Positions 47,562 through 57,059 of a stretch of DNA of 64,000 bases are shown piece after piece. Below the pieces are notes generated by a model. That model worked only from the letters and a program-made list of their open reading frames with translations. It searched no databases and was not told the origin of the DNA. A program made the position numbers and the translations under genes. The stretch's first letter is position 1; each line of letters begins with the position of its first letter. The stretch comes from Salibacteraceae bacterium. GTDB lineage: Bacteria > Bacteroidota > Bacteroidia > Flavobacteriales_G > Salibacteraceae. The stretch covers positions 1,058 to 65,057 of the forward strand of contig CBFICO010000004.1 of the NCBI GenBank assembly GCA_965661115.1. The letters are read 5' to 3'.

Positions 47562-49463
47562 CTAATAAGCTCTTTCAGTTCTTCCTTCGTAGTAGTATTG
47601 AAACGACTTGTTCACCACTCTATTACCTCCAGGTGTTGGGTAATCTCCTGAAAAATACCAATCGCCCGAATGATTAGGACAAGCTAAATGCAGGCCTTCT
47701 AATGACTGGAAAATAATTTCTACCTCTGCGTTGCAATCTTCTGGTGTTACCATCTGCGCCACCTTCGCTGAAATTTGCTCTGGAGTGAATGCCGCGTATA
47801 TCTCTTTTACCACGTTTACTTGCTGATTCATCGGTAACTTGAGTTGCCCTTTGGCTTTTTTGTACAACTTCTTCAAGATTTTTTCGTTGCCGTTTTCTCT
47901 GTGCAATTCAACGGCTGCCCTGAATGCAATAAAGTCTCCCATTCTGGCCATATCAATCCCGTAGCAATCGGGATATCGTATTTGCGGAGCAGAAGAAACA
48001 ATTACAATTTTCTTTGGCTCCAACCTATCTAGCATTCGAATAATACTCTTCTTTAGCGTAGTTCCTCTTACGATAGAATCATCTATCATCACCAAAGAGT
48101 CTTGCTTGGGCACAACAGATCCATAGGTAATGTCGTAAACATGAGCTACTAGCTCATCTCTACCATCGTCCTGAGTGATGAAGGTTCGAAGTTTGGCATC
48201 CTTAATGGCTACTTTTTCCGTTCGGATTTGTTGATTGAGAATCTTCTCAATTTCCTTTTGGGTTATGGTGTTACCTAACTTGACCAACTTCTTAGCTTTT
48301 TGCTCGTTGAGCAAAGTATTCATTCCTTCTACCAGACCCAAAAAGGAGGTCTCCGCTGTATTTGGGATGAATGAAAAAACGGCATTTTTATGGTCATTGT
48401 TCAATGCCTTCATCACTCGTGGCACAAGAGAACGGCCTAGTTCTTTACGCTCCTTGTAAATGTCCATATCACTTCCTCTTGAAAAGTAGATACGCTCGAA
48501 AGTACAAGAGTTCTTAGAGTAACTTTTTATGATACTCTCTTCAGAAACTTTCCCGTTCTTCTTAAGAATAAGTGCGTTTCCAGGACCTAATTCCTTAATG
48601 GTGTCCGCTTTAACATTCATGGCGGTTTGTATTGCTGGTCGCTCTGAAGCTACCACGGCAACTTCGTCGTCTTGATAATAAAACGCTGGGCGAATACCGT
48701 TTGGATCTCTGAATACAAATGCGTCGCCATGCCCTACCATTCCAGCCATTGCGTAACCCCCGTCAAAATCTTCGGCGGCGTGCTTTAAAATCTGAACCAG
48801 ATTTAGCTTCTCCGAAATCTTTTCGGTAATCTCCTGATTGGTGTATCCAAGAGCTTTGTACTTGGCGAATAACTGCTCGTTTTCTACATCTAAAAAATGA
48901 CCGATTTTCTCAAGAACCGTTACAGTGTCTGCCTTCTCTTTCGGATGCTGACCGAGCTTTACCAACAAATCGAATTGTTCATCAACGTTGGTCATGTTAA
49001 AATTACCGGCTACCACCAAGTTTCGTGTCATCCAATTGTTTTGACGCAAGAATGGATGGCACGATTCAATCGAGTTTTTACCGTAGGTTCCATATCTAAG
49101 ATGACCTAAAAACACTTCTCCGCTAAATGGTGCATGATCTTTTAGCCAGAGTGCATCATTTGCTTTATCGTAATTGTTTCCTATACGCTCTTCAAACCTT
49201 TTGTAGATATGATCAAACACATCTTGAATGGGTTTATTACTAATAGAACGCTGACGAGAAATGTACCTTTTTCCGGATTCAACATCCAGTTTTATGTTTG
49301 CCACTCCAACTCCGTCTTGCCCTCTGTTGTGCTGCTTTTCCATAAGCAAGTACAGCTTGTTTAGGCCATAGTATGCAGTTCCGTATTTCTTTTGGTAGTA
49401 GTCTAGTGGTTTGAGTAATCGAATGAGGGCGATACCGCATTCGTGTTTGATAAAATCACTCAT
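47562..49463 (-). CDS. purF: amidophosphoribosyltransferase (long Bacteroidota form)
   Basis: N-terminal ...HECGIALI glutaminase nucleophile region and PRTase motif LVMIDDSIVRGTT; 633 aa. Confidence 0.9.
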   Translation of the reverse strand: MSDFIKHECGIALIRLLKPLDYYQKKYGTAYYGLNKLYLLMEKQHNRGQDGVGVANIKLDVESGKRYISRQRSISNKPIQDVFDHIYKRFEERIGNNYDKANDALWLKDHAPFSGEVFLGHLRYGTYGKNSIESCHPFLRQNNWMTRNLVVAGNFNMTNVDEQFDLLVKLGQHPKEKADTVTVLEKIGHFLDVENEQLFAKYKALGYTNQEITEKISEKLNLVQILKHAAEDFDGGYAMAGMVGHGDAFVFRDPNGIRPAFYYQDDEVAVVASERPAIQTAMNVKADTIKELGPGNALILKKNGKVSEESIIKSYSKNSCTFERIYFSRGSDMDIYKERKELGRSLVPRVMKALNNDHKNAVFSFIPNTAETSFLGLVEGMNTLLNEQKAKKLVKLGNTITQKEIEKILNQQIRTEKVAIKDAKLRTFITQDDGRDELVAHVYDITYGSVVPKQDSLVMIDDSIVRGTTLKKSIIRMLDRLEPKKIVIVSSAPQIRYPDCYGIDMARMGDFIAFRAAVELHRENGNEKILKKLYKKAKGQLKLPMNQQVNVVKEIYAAFTPEQISAKVAQMVTPEDCNAEVEIIFQSLEGLHLACPNHSGDWYFSGDYPTPGGNRVVNKSFQYYYEGRTERAY

Positions 49464-49515
49464 AAATTTTGTGTGGCAAATTCATAAAATTATTGCCATG
49501 CAAAGATAAGTTTTC

Positions 49516-49643
49516 AATTGGACAATTGAGCAATTTGATAATTGAACGAATGGAGAATGTGGTAATGTGGTAATGTGGTAATGTGGTATTAAACAATTAT
49601 CGAATTCACTAATTATCGAATTCACTAATTATCAAATTACACT
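49516..49643. repeat. 128-bp array of 16 consecutive ~8-bp units beginning AAT(T)
   Basis: aattggac aattgagc aatttgat aattgaacg aatggag (aatgtggt)x4 attaaac (aattatcg aattcact)x2 aattatca aattacact. It fills most of the purF upstream spacer, which is also the M23 gene's downstream spacer. Confidence 0.9.
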
Positions 49644-50848
49644 TACTTAAACTGGTAAAGCCACTGCGCAGGATTCATGGTGGTTTGACCTTTCCAAAGT
49701 TCAAAATGAATATGTGTTTGTCCTTTTTGATTATCGGTTTTAGCCATGCCAATTTCTTGTTTGGTTGTTATTTTATCGCCTTTTTGTACAAAAACATCTA
49801 CTAAATTGGCATACACGCTTATGTATTCTCCGTGACGCACCATAATGGCTTTTCCGGAACCTGGCAAAACAATTACGCCTGACACCTCACCTTCAAAAAC
49901 GGCTCTGGCCTTACCGCCTTGATCAGTACTTATATCTACCCCATTATTTTTAATTTTTATCCCCTTTAGTACAGGGTGCCAATGCTCGCCGTAGTATGCG
50001 GTAACTACTCCTTTGGCTGTTGGCCAAGGAAGCTTTCCTTTGTTGTTAGCAAAATTGCTAGAAAGCGCCTTTGCTTCTGGTGTAAGCACATATTTTCCCT
50101 TGCCGCCTTTGTTTTGCTTTTTTATTTCTTCATCAATAATGCGCTGAATTGCTTTTTGGAGTTTACGCGCTTCTTTTTCGTTCTTTTTAATCTCTGCTTT
50201 TAGCTCCTTTTCTTTTAAATTTAGCTCATTAAACACTTTTTGTTTTTCACCAATATCTTCCGCCAGCGAATTGCGCTCGTTTTGAGTGTTTTGAATAAGT
50301 ACTTCCTTTTCAATTTTCTTATCTTCCAAATTGGCAATGGTTGAATCAAGTTGAGCTTTTGTTTTAACAATTTGATCGGCTTGTGCCTGCCTAAACTGAC
50401 TGTATTGCTGCAAATACTTTAACCGCTTGTAGGCTTGATTGAAATCTTCACTGGCCAAAACGAACATAATTTTATCGTATGAACTACGAGTTTTGTATGC
50501 GTGATAAATCATTTTGGCATATTCATCTTTTAACGCTTCTAATTCATCTTCCTTGCGCTCAATTTCACTTTTCAGACCATTAATTTCACCTTCAATTAAT
50601 TCCTGCTCGGAACGTAAAGTGCTAATTAGGTTCTCGCGACTTCTTATCTTTTTTCGGATGAGAACTAGTTGATTTAAACTCTTCTTTTTGGTTTTTTTGG
50701 TCTCCTTGAGCAACTGATTTTTATAATCAATCTCTTTACGAATCTTAGATTTTTGTTGCTCTAATGCTTTTCGGGACTGCCCAAAAGATGTGGCTGCGAA
50801 CACAATGCAGCCCAATATTAATATTAGCTGCTTAATAAAGCGGCTCAT
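49643..50848 (-). CDS. EnvC-like coiled-coil M23 peptidase family protein
   Basis: Signal peptide, about 230 aa of coiled coil, and a C-terminal M23/LytM domain (GVDISTDQGGKARAVFEGEV, HIHFELWKG). Confidence 0.85.
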   Translation of the reverse strand: MSRFIKQLILILGCIVFAATSFGQSRKALEQQKSKIRKEIDYKNQLLKETKKTKKKSLNQLVLIRKKIRSRENLISTLRSEQELIEGEINGLKSEIERKEDELEALKDEYAKMIYHAYKTRSSYDKIMFVLASEDFNQAYKRLKYLQQYSQFRQAQADQIVKTKAQLDSTIANLEDKKIEKEVLIQNTQNERNSLAEDIGEKQKVFNELNLKEKELKAEIKKNEKEARKLQKAIQRIIDEEIKKQNKGGKGKYVLTPEAKALSSNFANNKGKLPWPTAKGVVTAYYGEHWHPVLKGIKIKNNGVDISTDQGGKARAVFEGEVSGVIVLPGSGKAIMVRHGEYISVYANLVDVFVQKGDKITTKQEIGMAKTDNQKGQTHIHFELWKGQTTMNPAQWLYQFK

Positions 50849-51638
50849 ATTTCGAAGATATCGTTAATGGATAGGATTGAGTTTCTGGAACAGCAACTTT
50901 TAAATACTCCGTTCTAAAAGTAAACTCCTCTTCAGCAGTTATTTCATAGTTTGCCTTCAGCGGAAGTAGAACGCCTTCTACCAACTCTCGTTCTGTGATT
51001 TCAGCAGTAAAACTCTTTTTAGTTCTTGATTCGGTAATCTTACTTTTTTCCAATTGAAAATCATTGCTGGAATACCACTCAGTATAAATCTGTTGTTGTG
51101 TTTTGGTTTCACCGCTTGGTTTTTGGTATTCTCTTTCTGCTTGCCCCGCTACAATGTAATTCTGCTTTGACGTGTACGCTCGTACCTTTTTGTAGGTAGT
51201 ATGATCGTAAGGTTCACCCAACAAGGTGGCTTGAAGTGAAGAAAAATCAAAAGGCACGTTGTACAAATTTTGAATAAAATTATAGCCTCCCTTAAAGTAT
51301 TTCTCGTTCTTACGGTCAATCATTTTCACACTATCCTGTGTAAAAACGAAACGTGCAACTTCTACCTTATAATAGGTAGCCGAAATCCAAATAATGCTAT
51401 CTCTCTTCATACGAACGTGCATTTTAAAAGAGTCGGATAGCTTTGGTGTTTTGAAATAAACTTTGCTTTTGATTGATAAAAGATTGGAGGTTTTGGGCAG
51501 TTCATTATTCTTAGCGAGAATTTCTTCTGGCGACATTTTTTTTAGGTCGCTTCTACCCAAGTTTAAATCTTGCGAAGATTTGCAAGAGCTCAACGTTATT
51601 CCAAGCAGAACAATAAGGCCTAATAAGAATCGATTCAT
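50832..51638 (-). CDS. DUF4292-like (LolB-like) lipoprotein
   Basis: Lipobox ITLSSC; 268 aa. Conserved position between the TPR and M23 genes. 17-nt overlap with the M23 gene. Confidence 0.65.
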   Translation of the reverse strand: MNRFLLGLIVLLGITLSSCKSSQDLNLGRSDLKKMSPEEILAKNNELPKTSNLLSIKSKVYFKTPKLSDSFKMHVRMKRDSIIWISATYYKVEVARFVFTQDSVKMIDRKNEKYFKGGYNFIQNLYNVPFDFSSLQATLLGEPYDHTTYKKVRAYTSKQNYIVAGQAEREYQKPSGETKTQQQIYTEWYSSNDFQLEKSKITESRTKKSFTAEITERELVEGVLLPLKANYEITAEEEFTFRTEYLKVAVPETQSYPLTISSKYEPLY

Positions 51639-53404
51639 TACTCCGGAATGTAGGTTTTTGTAGTTATTTTCTCATCAACTTTATCGGAAGCATCGCCTAA
51701 TTCTTTAGCCATTTTCCAATGTTTTAGTGCACCTTCAGTGTCTCCGAGTTTAAAAAGAATATCGCCATAATGCTCTACCAAAACACCTTGCTTGTTTCCA
51801 CCGTTATTGAGCGCCAACTCCATATATTTTTTAGCCTCGGCGTATTCCTCATTCATAAATAAAATCCACGCATAAGTGTCTAGATAAATAGCCGATTCAG
51901 GTTCTGCCTCAATGGTTTTTTTAGACATTTCCTTAGCTTTTTCAAGTTGTTCACCGCGTAATGAAAGGTAGTAGCTGTAGTTGTTTAACACAAGTATATT
52001 GTTCGGGTCTAACTCTAACGATTTATCAAAATTTTCATCCGATTGGGCATACTGCTCTAGATTATTGTACGCCTCACCGAGCGTTGAATAAACTTGAATG
52101 AGTAGTTCATTGTTATCGAGAATAAAATCCTTTCCGGTCTCCAATATATCAATTGCTTCTTGATAGTTTTTCAACTGATTTGCACCAATCCCTACTAAGT
52201 AGTACAGTGTTCCTTGGTTTGGAAATAATTCTACCGCTGCTTTTCCATCTTGATACATCGATAGCCAATCTTCTTGTTCTGAGTGGATAAACAACACTCG
52301 GTTCCATACTAAAAACTGGTTTGAATCTGCCGCTAAGCTCGCTTTATACGATTTTAGGGCTTCTTTTATGTTTTTGTTTTCGTAAAGTAAATCGGCTTCA
52401 ATTGCAAACAACTGAGCATTATTGGGGTGAGCTAATTTCATGGAATCTACCAGCTCAAACGTAAAACCATCAATTTTACCCGTGGCGGGGTCTTGCTTCA
52501 TAATGTTGTTCAGTAAAATTCTGGTTTTGCTCTCATGCCCTAATTCTGGATTTCTAAAAGCTTTACGGAGCAAAGCTTCTCCCTTTTCGGTGTTGCCCTC
52601 ATCCATGTAATACGTTGCCATGGACAATTGCACAAAAGCATTATTTGGATCAATTTCAAGCAGCTTTTGGTAAGTATCGGTAGCCTCTTTTTTCTTGCCC
52701 GCTTTGCGATAAACATCCGCTAAATTGTTGTAATACTTTGGAGTTCCTGGAGCCGATTCAACTAATTTCTGCGCTTCTAAAATTGCTTCATCATACTTCT
52801 TTACGCTCAACAATACCTGCTGCTTTTGCATACTCACGGGTTCAAGTAAACCAAATTGATTTTCGATTTTATCGTAAACCTTAAGTGCTTTTTTCAAGTC
52901 GTTTTGATAGAGTTGTATTCTAGCCTCACCCTCATAATAACTGAGTTCGTTTGGATACAATTCGGCAAGTTTAGAATAGGTTTCGAATGCCTTTTGGTAT
53001 TGCTTAGTTTGCTCATATAAAATAGCTAAAGATTGCAGGTACCACTTGTTCTCTGGCTCAAGAGCGGTTGCTCTTTCCAAATACATAACTGCGTCGGCGT
53101 ATCTGGATTGCGATTGAAAAATGTTTGCCAACTCAAAAATACTTGCGCTATGATTGGGGTCTATGCTCAAACATTTTTGATAGTACTGCTGCGCTGCGGA
53201 AAAATTACTGAGTGCTTTTTCCCTACTGGCTTCAAAAAAATAATTTTTGAGTTCTATCTCTTGTTTTTCAGAAAGCTGAGCCTTACTCGATTTTTGAACC
53301 TTGGTTTGTTTTGCCTCCTTATTACTAGCACAAGAGGAGATCATAAACGCCAAAGACAATAACATCACGAAAAACGTTTTATGTATGTGCAAACGAACTT
53401 TCAA
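51638..53404 (-). CDS. tetratricopeptide repeat protein
   Basis: 588 aa with more than 10 recognisable TPR units (A..Y....L..DP.N pattern) and lipobox MISSCAS. Confidence 0.85.
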   Translation of the reverse strand: MKVRLHIHKTFFVMLLSLAFMISSCASNKEAKQTKVQKSSKAQLSEKQEIELKNYFFEASREKALSNFSAAQQYYQKCLSIDPNHSASIFELANIFQSQSRYADAVMYLERATALEPENKWYLQSLAILYEQTKQYQKAFETYSKLAELYPNELSYYEGEARIQLYQNDLKKALKVYDKIENQFGLLEPVSMQKQQVLLSVKKYDEAILEAQKLVESAPGTPKYYNNLADVYRKAGKKKEATDTYQKLLEIDPNNAFVQLSMATYYMDEGNTEKGEALLRKAFRNPELGHESKTRILLNNIMKQDPATGKIDGFTFELVDSMKLAHPNNAQLFAIEADLLYENKNIKEALKSYKASLAADSNQFLVWNRVLFIHSEQEDWLSMYQDGKAAVELFPNQGTLYYLVGIGANQLKNYQEAIDILETGKDFILDNNELLIQVYSTLGEAYNNLEQYAQSDENFDKSLELDPNNILVLNNYSYYLSLRGEQLEKAKEMSKKTIEAEPESAIYLDTYAWILFMNEEYAEAKKYMELALNNGGNKQGVLVEHYGDILFKLGDTEGALKHWKMAKELGDASDKVDEKITTKTYIPE

Positions 53405-54409
53405 TTAACTGCTAACTGTACTGTAATCGCTCAAACTTAAATCGTCAAATCCTTTGTTGTATTTTGCGAAATGACCAATCATAGAATTATCAATTACCGC
53501 TTGTTTTACTTCTGAATTTGTTTGAACTATAGAGTTTTTGATTACGGTGTTTTCAATAATTGTTCCGTTGCCAATGCTCACATATGGTCCAACAACAGAA
53601 TTAGTAATTTGAACATTATCACCAATAAAACAAGGCTGTGTAATTGTCGAGTTTTCTATTGAAGCTGAGTCGGGTACGTTTAAATCCTTGGCTATAAAAC
53701 CAAGCATTTGCTTATTGCTATCAACTGTGGCGTTTTTGTTTCCGCAGTCTAACCAAGCATCTACTTTACCAGGGTTAAATTTCATCCCTTTAGCAGTCAT
53801 ATTTCTTAGCGCATCAGGCAATTGGTACTCACCATCGTTAATGATGTTGTTATCAATTAAAAATTGACATTCGTCTCTCAAAGTTTCTCCCGATTGGAAG
53901 AAATAGATTCCAATCATAGCCAAATCAGAAACAAACTCTTTTGGCTTTTCAACAAAATCAGTAATTACATTTTCTTCGTTCACCTTTACAACGCCAAATG
54001 CGCTAGGATCATCAATTTGCGACACCCACAAAACGCCATCCGATCCTGTATCCATAGAAAAATCTGCTCGAAACAAGGTATCTGCAAATGCTACAATTGA
54101 GGGACCTTTTAAGCTTTCTTTTGCACACAAAATGGCATGGGCAGTGCCAAGTGCTTCGGTTTGATAGTAGATTTTACCAGTTGCTCCTAAACTGCTGGCT
54201 ATATCCAATAGCTGCTTTTCAACCTCAGGACCAAAATCCCCGATTATAAAACCTATTTCGTTTATTGAAGTACCTGCAACTTCGGCAATATCCTCTACTA
54301 ATCTTTGCACTATAGGCTTTCCTGCTACCGTAATAAGTGGTTTAGGTACTGTAAGCGTATGGGGTCTCATCCTTTTCCCCTTTCCCGCCATTGGAACGAT
54401 AATATTCAT
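53405..54409 (-). CDS. sugar-phosphate nucleotidyltransferase with left-handed beta-helix C-terminus
   Basis: MNIIVPMAGKGKRMRPHTLTVPKPLI NTP-transferase loop and C-terminal hexapeptide-like repeats. Abuts the TPR gene start. Confidence 0.82.
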   Translation of the reverse strand: MNIIVPMAGKGKRMRPHTLTVPKPLITVAGKPIVQRLVEDIAEVAGTSINEIGFIIGDFGPEVEKQLLDIASSLGATGKIYYQTEALGTAHAILCAKESLKGPSIVAFADTLFRADFSMDTGSDGVLWVSQIDDPSAFGVVKVNEENVITDFVEKPKEFVSDLAMIGIYFFQSGETLRDECQFLIDNNIINDGEYQLPDALRNMTAKGMKFNPGKVDAWLDCGNKNATVDSNKQMLGFIAKDLNVPDSASIENSTITQPCFIGDNVQITNSVVGPYVSIGNGTIIENTVIKNSIVQTNSEVKQAVIDNSMIGHFAKYNKGFDDLSLSDYSTVSS

Positions 54410-54581
54410 GTATCTCTGGATTTAATCGGCAAAAATAGAGGAATAAGCTAAGGTCTATTTAGGTATTATTTAAAGCTTTCTAAAAATACATTGTTGGTAT
54501 AACATCGATTAAAAATGAAATGCGCATTTCCTTGCCATAATTAAGCATAGTATTATTATTGCAGAATACAATACTCTGCTT

Positions 54582-56219
54582 TTGCATCTAACTAAAACTA
54601 TTATAAAGGCTCTACAAGCCAACCTGCTTTTGTTATTTACTCTTTATGGCGCTGCCCAGGAAAAAGTATTTCTAAATGTAAATCAAGAGGTTACAGAAGA
54701 AAAGTTTGCTTATTACACACAAGTTTCTACAAAAGACAGTAGCGGTACACATTGCTTAAAAATTACCTACAACAATGGGGCAAATTACTTTAATGGCTGT
54801 ATTACCAATAGTATTTATTCCGCCGGAAAAGAACGTAAGTACGCTGGGCTGTGTAAGTGGTATTACAAAAATGGAAACTTAAAACAGGTTGCAACTTACA
54901 ATGCGCAAGGCGAGTTTGATGGCAAGGTTAGCTCCTACCACGAAAACGGAAGCTTAAAAACCACGGCGGATTATAAAAATGGCATTCGAACTACCAAGAA
55001 ATTGACCTTCTTTACTGAAACTGGAAATCAATACACTTTATTTCAGGAAGATTTTAAAGCCAACAACAACGATTGGGAAGTTTACCAATCTGAGTTGAAT
55101 GAAGCATATATAGAAAAAGAACAATTTGTACTAACCAGTTTAACAAATAGAGGTACTTCTCGTTACATTTCAATGCCAATTTCTGCTGGCACATACGAAA
55201 TAGAACTAGAAATTGCACCACCTTCCGATAAGAGAAACGCTCCAATAAAAGGGCTTATCTACAATTACTCCAGTTGGGATAATTACAACTATTACATCAT
55301 TCAAGGGAACTATTTTTCTGTTGGTAGATACGTTGATGGTGTGCATCAAATATCAGCCGATATGTTAAGTACGATGAGGGTTAAAGAGGGCGAAGAAAAC
55401 ACGCTTAAAATTAAGAACGAGTTAGATATCTGTCAGTATTTTATCAATGGTGAGTTGGTGCATAAATCAAGTCCTCAGAGTATTAAATATGAAAGAGTAG
55501 GAATGATTATCGGAGGTGAGGGTACTGCCCGATTTAATAAGTTATCTATAAAAGAAATGGCGAGTACTGGCAGCCGAATTAAACTTGACGACGAGGAGGT
55601 AAAAGGCTCGGGATCTGGTTTTTTAATTAGCCAAGATGGATATATCATTACAAACCATCATGTAGTTGAAGGCGCAACAAGAGTATTTGTCGAGTTCCCT
55701 GCACTTGAAGAAAGTTACCTTACTAGAGTTGTATTAAAAGACGAAACCAGTGATTTGGCTTTACTTAAAATTGATGACTCAAGTTATGTTCGTGAAGAGC
55801 CTATACCCTATATGCTTTCTAGCGATGTAAAAGATGTAGGCTCAGAGGTTTTTACACTTGGTTACCCTTTTGTGCTTTCAGGATTGGGAAAAGAAATAAA
55901 GTTTGCCGATGGTAAAATCAGTTCTAAAACTGGTTTTGACAATGATATTTTTATTTATCAAACCACCATTCCAATTCAACCTGGAAATAGCGGTAGTCCA
56001 ATGTTTGATAAAGACGGAAATGTAGTTGGCTGTATGAATGCGGTATACCGAAATGCCGATAACGTGAGTTACAGTATCAAATCGAACTTCGTTAAAACCT
56101 TTATTCAAAGTACCAACGAAAAAGTTACACTTCCTACTCAAAATAACTTGCAGCAACTGGACCTTACCGAGAAAATCAAAAAAGTGTCGAACAACATATG
56201 TATCGTGAAAGTGCTATGA
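54582..56219 (+). CDS. secreted MORN-repeat / lectin-like jelly-roll / trypsin-like serine protease fusion
   Basis: Signal peptide, then MORN-variant repeats (GLCKWYYKNGNLKQVATYNAQGEFDGKVSSYHENGSLK). The middle domain resembles DUF1080/LamG. The C-terminal S1-type protease has GSGFLISQDGYIITNHHVV (His), DLALLKI (Asp) and GNSGSPMFD (Ser). TTG start. Confidence 0.75.
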   Translation: MHLTKTIIKALQANLLLLFTLYGAAQEKVFLNVNQEVTEEKFAYYTQVSTKDSSGTHCLKITYNNGANYFNGCITNSIYSAGKERKYAGLCKWYYKNGNLKQVATYNAQGEFDGKVSSYHENGSLKTTADYKNGIRTTKKLTFFTETGNQYTLFQEDFKANNNDWEVYQSELNEAYIEKEQFVLTSLTNRGTSRYISMPISAGTYEIELEIAPPSDKRNAPIKGLIYNYSSWDNYNYYIIQGNYFSVGRYVDGVHQISADMLSTMRVKEGEENTLKIKNELDICQYFINGELVHKSSPQSIKYERVGMIIGGEGTARFNKLSIKEMASTGSRIKLDDEEVKGSGSGFLISQDGYIITNHHVVEGATRVFVEFPALEESYLTRVVLKDETSDLALLKIDDSSYVREEPIPYMLSSDVKDVGSEVFTLGYPFVLSGLGKEIKFADGKISSKTGFDNDIFIYQTTIPIQPGNSGSPMFDKDGNVVGCMNAVYRNADNVSYSIKSNFVKTFIQSTNEKVTLPTQNNLQQLDLTEKIKKVSNNICIVKVL

Positions 56220-57022
56220 TAGGTAGAATAAGACATACACTATTGCTCTTTTTGCTCTTTGTCGGCACAGCAGCTAGCGCCCAAATTTTTGAAGTAGATA
56301 ATTCGGTTGATGCAAAATACACTCCTCCTGAAGGGTCAATTTTTAATACGGATGTAAAAGTGAGCGGTACAAAAGGTGTTTCTATGTATGCCTATAAAAA
56401 CACGATTATGTTTAATATGACTGCCCTGGCTAGAGGAGCATTAGCATTAGAGTATGAACGAGCTCTAACTGGTAGTGTAGTGGTTATGGGAACCATAGGA
56501 ACCACGTTGTATCAAGACTATATGAAAGTGTTTTTTGTAGATATATTAGCCAGAGAAAGTGATGCTGTTTACGATAGAACAATTGAAGGTCCTGGCTTAT
56601 TTTATGGTGCAGAGTTTAAGTTTTATTTAGGAGATGCTTTTGATGATGAGTTTATATGTTTTGGCGTTAGAGGATTTAATTACCAATTAAGCTATACCCC
56701 GACAGCATTCAATACTGGTTACTCTAATATACCTGCCTCTGAATTCGCCAAATACTCTGAATCGTTTACAGAAAAAAATAGAGACCTATATTTCGGTTAT
56801 GGAATATCAGCAATAGCCACTAAAAACTTCGTACATGAAATTTCTTGGTATTTGGGCATTAGACAAATTAGATCGGCTGATTTTTCATTTACGGAGCTTT
56901 ACGGCAGTTCATCATGGCCTGGAACTGGCTCCTACTCAATGCAAAAAACAAGAACAGATTACACACATTTAACGCCCACTTTTAATATGAGTTATAAGCT
57001 TGGCTTTGCGTTTGGCGAATAA
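56216..57022 (+). CDS. putative outer-membrane beta-barrel protein
   Basis: Signal peptide LLLFLLFVGTAASAQ. Alternating hydrophobic strands (ALALEYERAL, FYGAEFKFYL, FNMSYKLGFAF). ATGA overlap with the protease gene. Confidence 0.5.
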   Translation: MIGRIRHTLLLFLLFVGTAASAQIFEVDNSVDAKYTPPEGSIFNTDVKVSGTKGVSMYAYKNTIMFNMTALARGALALEYERALTGSVVVMGTIGTTLYQDYMKVFFVDILARESDAVYDRTIEGPGLFYGAEFKFYLGDAFDDEFICFGVRGFNYQLSYTPTAFNTGYSNIPASEFAKYSESFTEKNRDLYFGYGISAIATKNFVHEISWYLGIRQIRSADFSFTELYGSSSWPGTGSYSMQKTRTDYTHLTPTFNMSYKLGFAFGE

Positions 57023-57059
57023 CAACAAACAAAAATCGAAAACAAATAACTTTTTTAAT

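Noticed and set aside
49516-49643. Possible CRISPR array (also considered for 24219-24246)
   Set aside because: The units are only 7-16 bp and directly abut each other with no unique spacers. There are no cas genes in the window. These are microsatellite or minisatellite-type tandem repeats.
54540-54580. ATTGCAGAATAC resembling a solo terminal repeat of the 134-bp element (also ATATTCGCAAC near 44025)
   Set aside because: Only a 10-11 nt match, with no partner repeat or ATTCC/GGAAT hairpin core. This is too short to distinguish from chance in AT-rich DNA.
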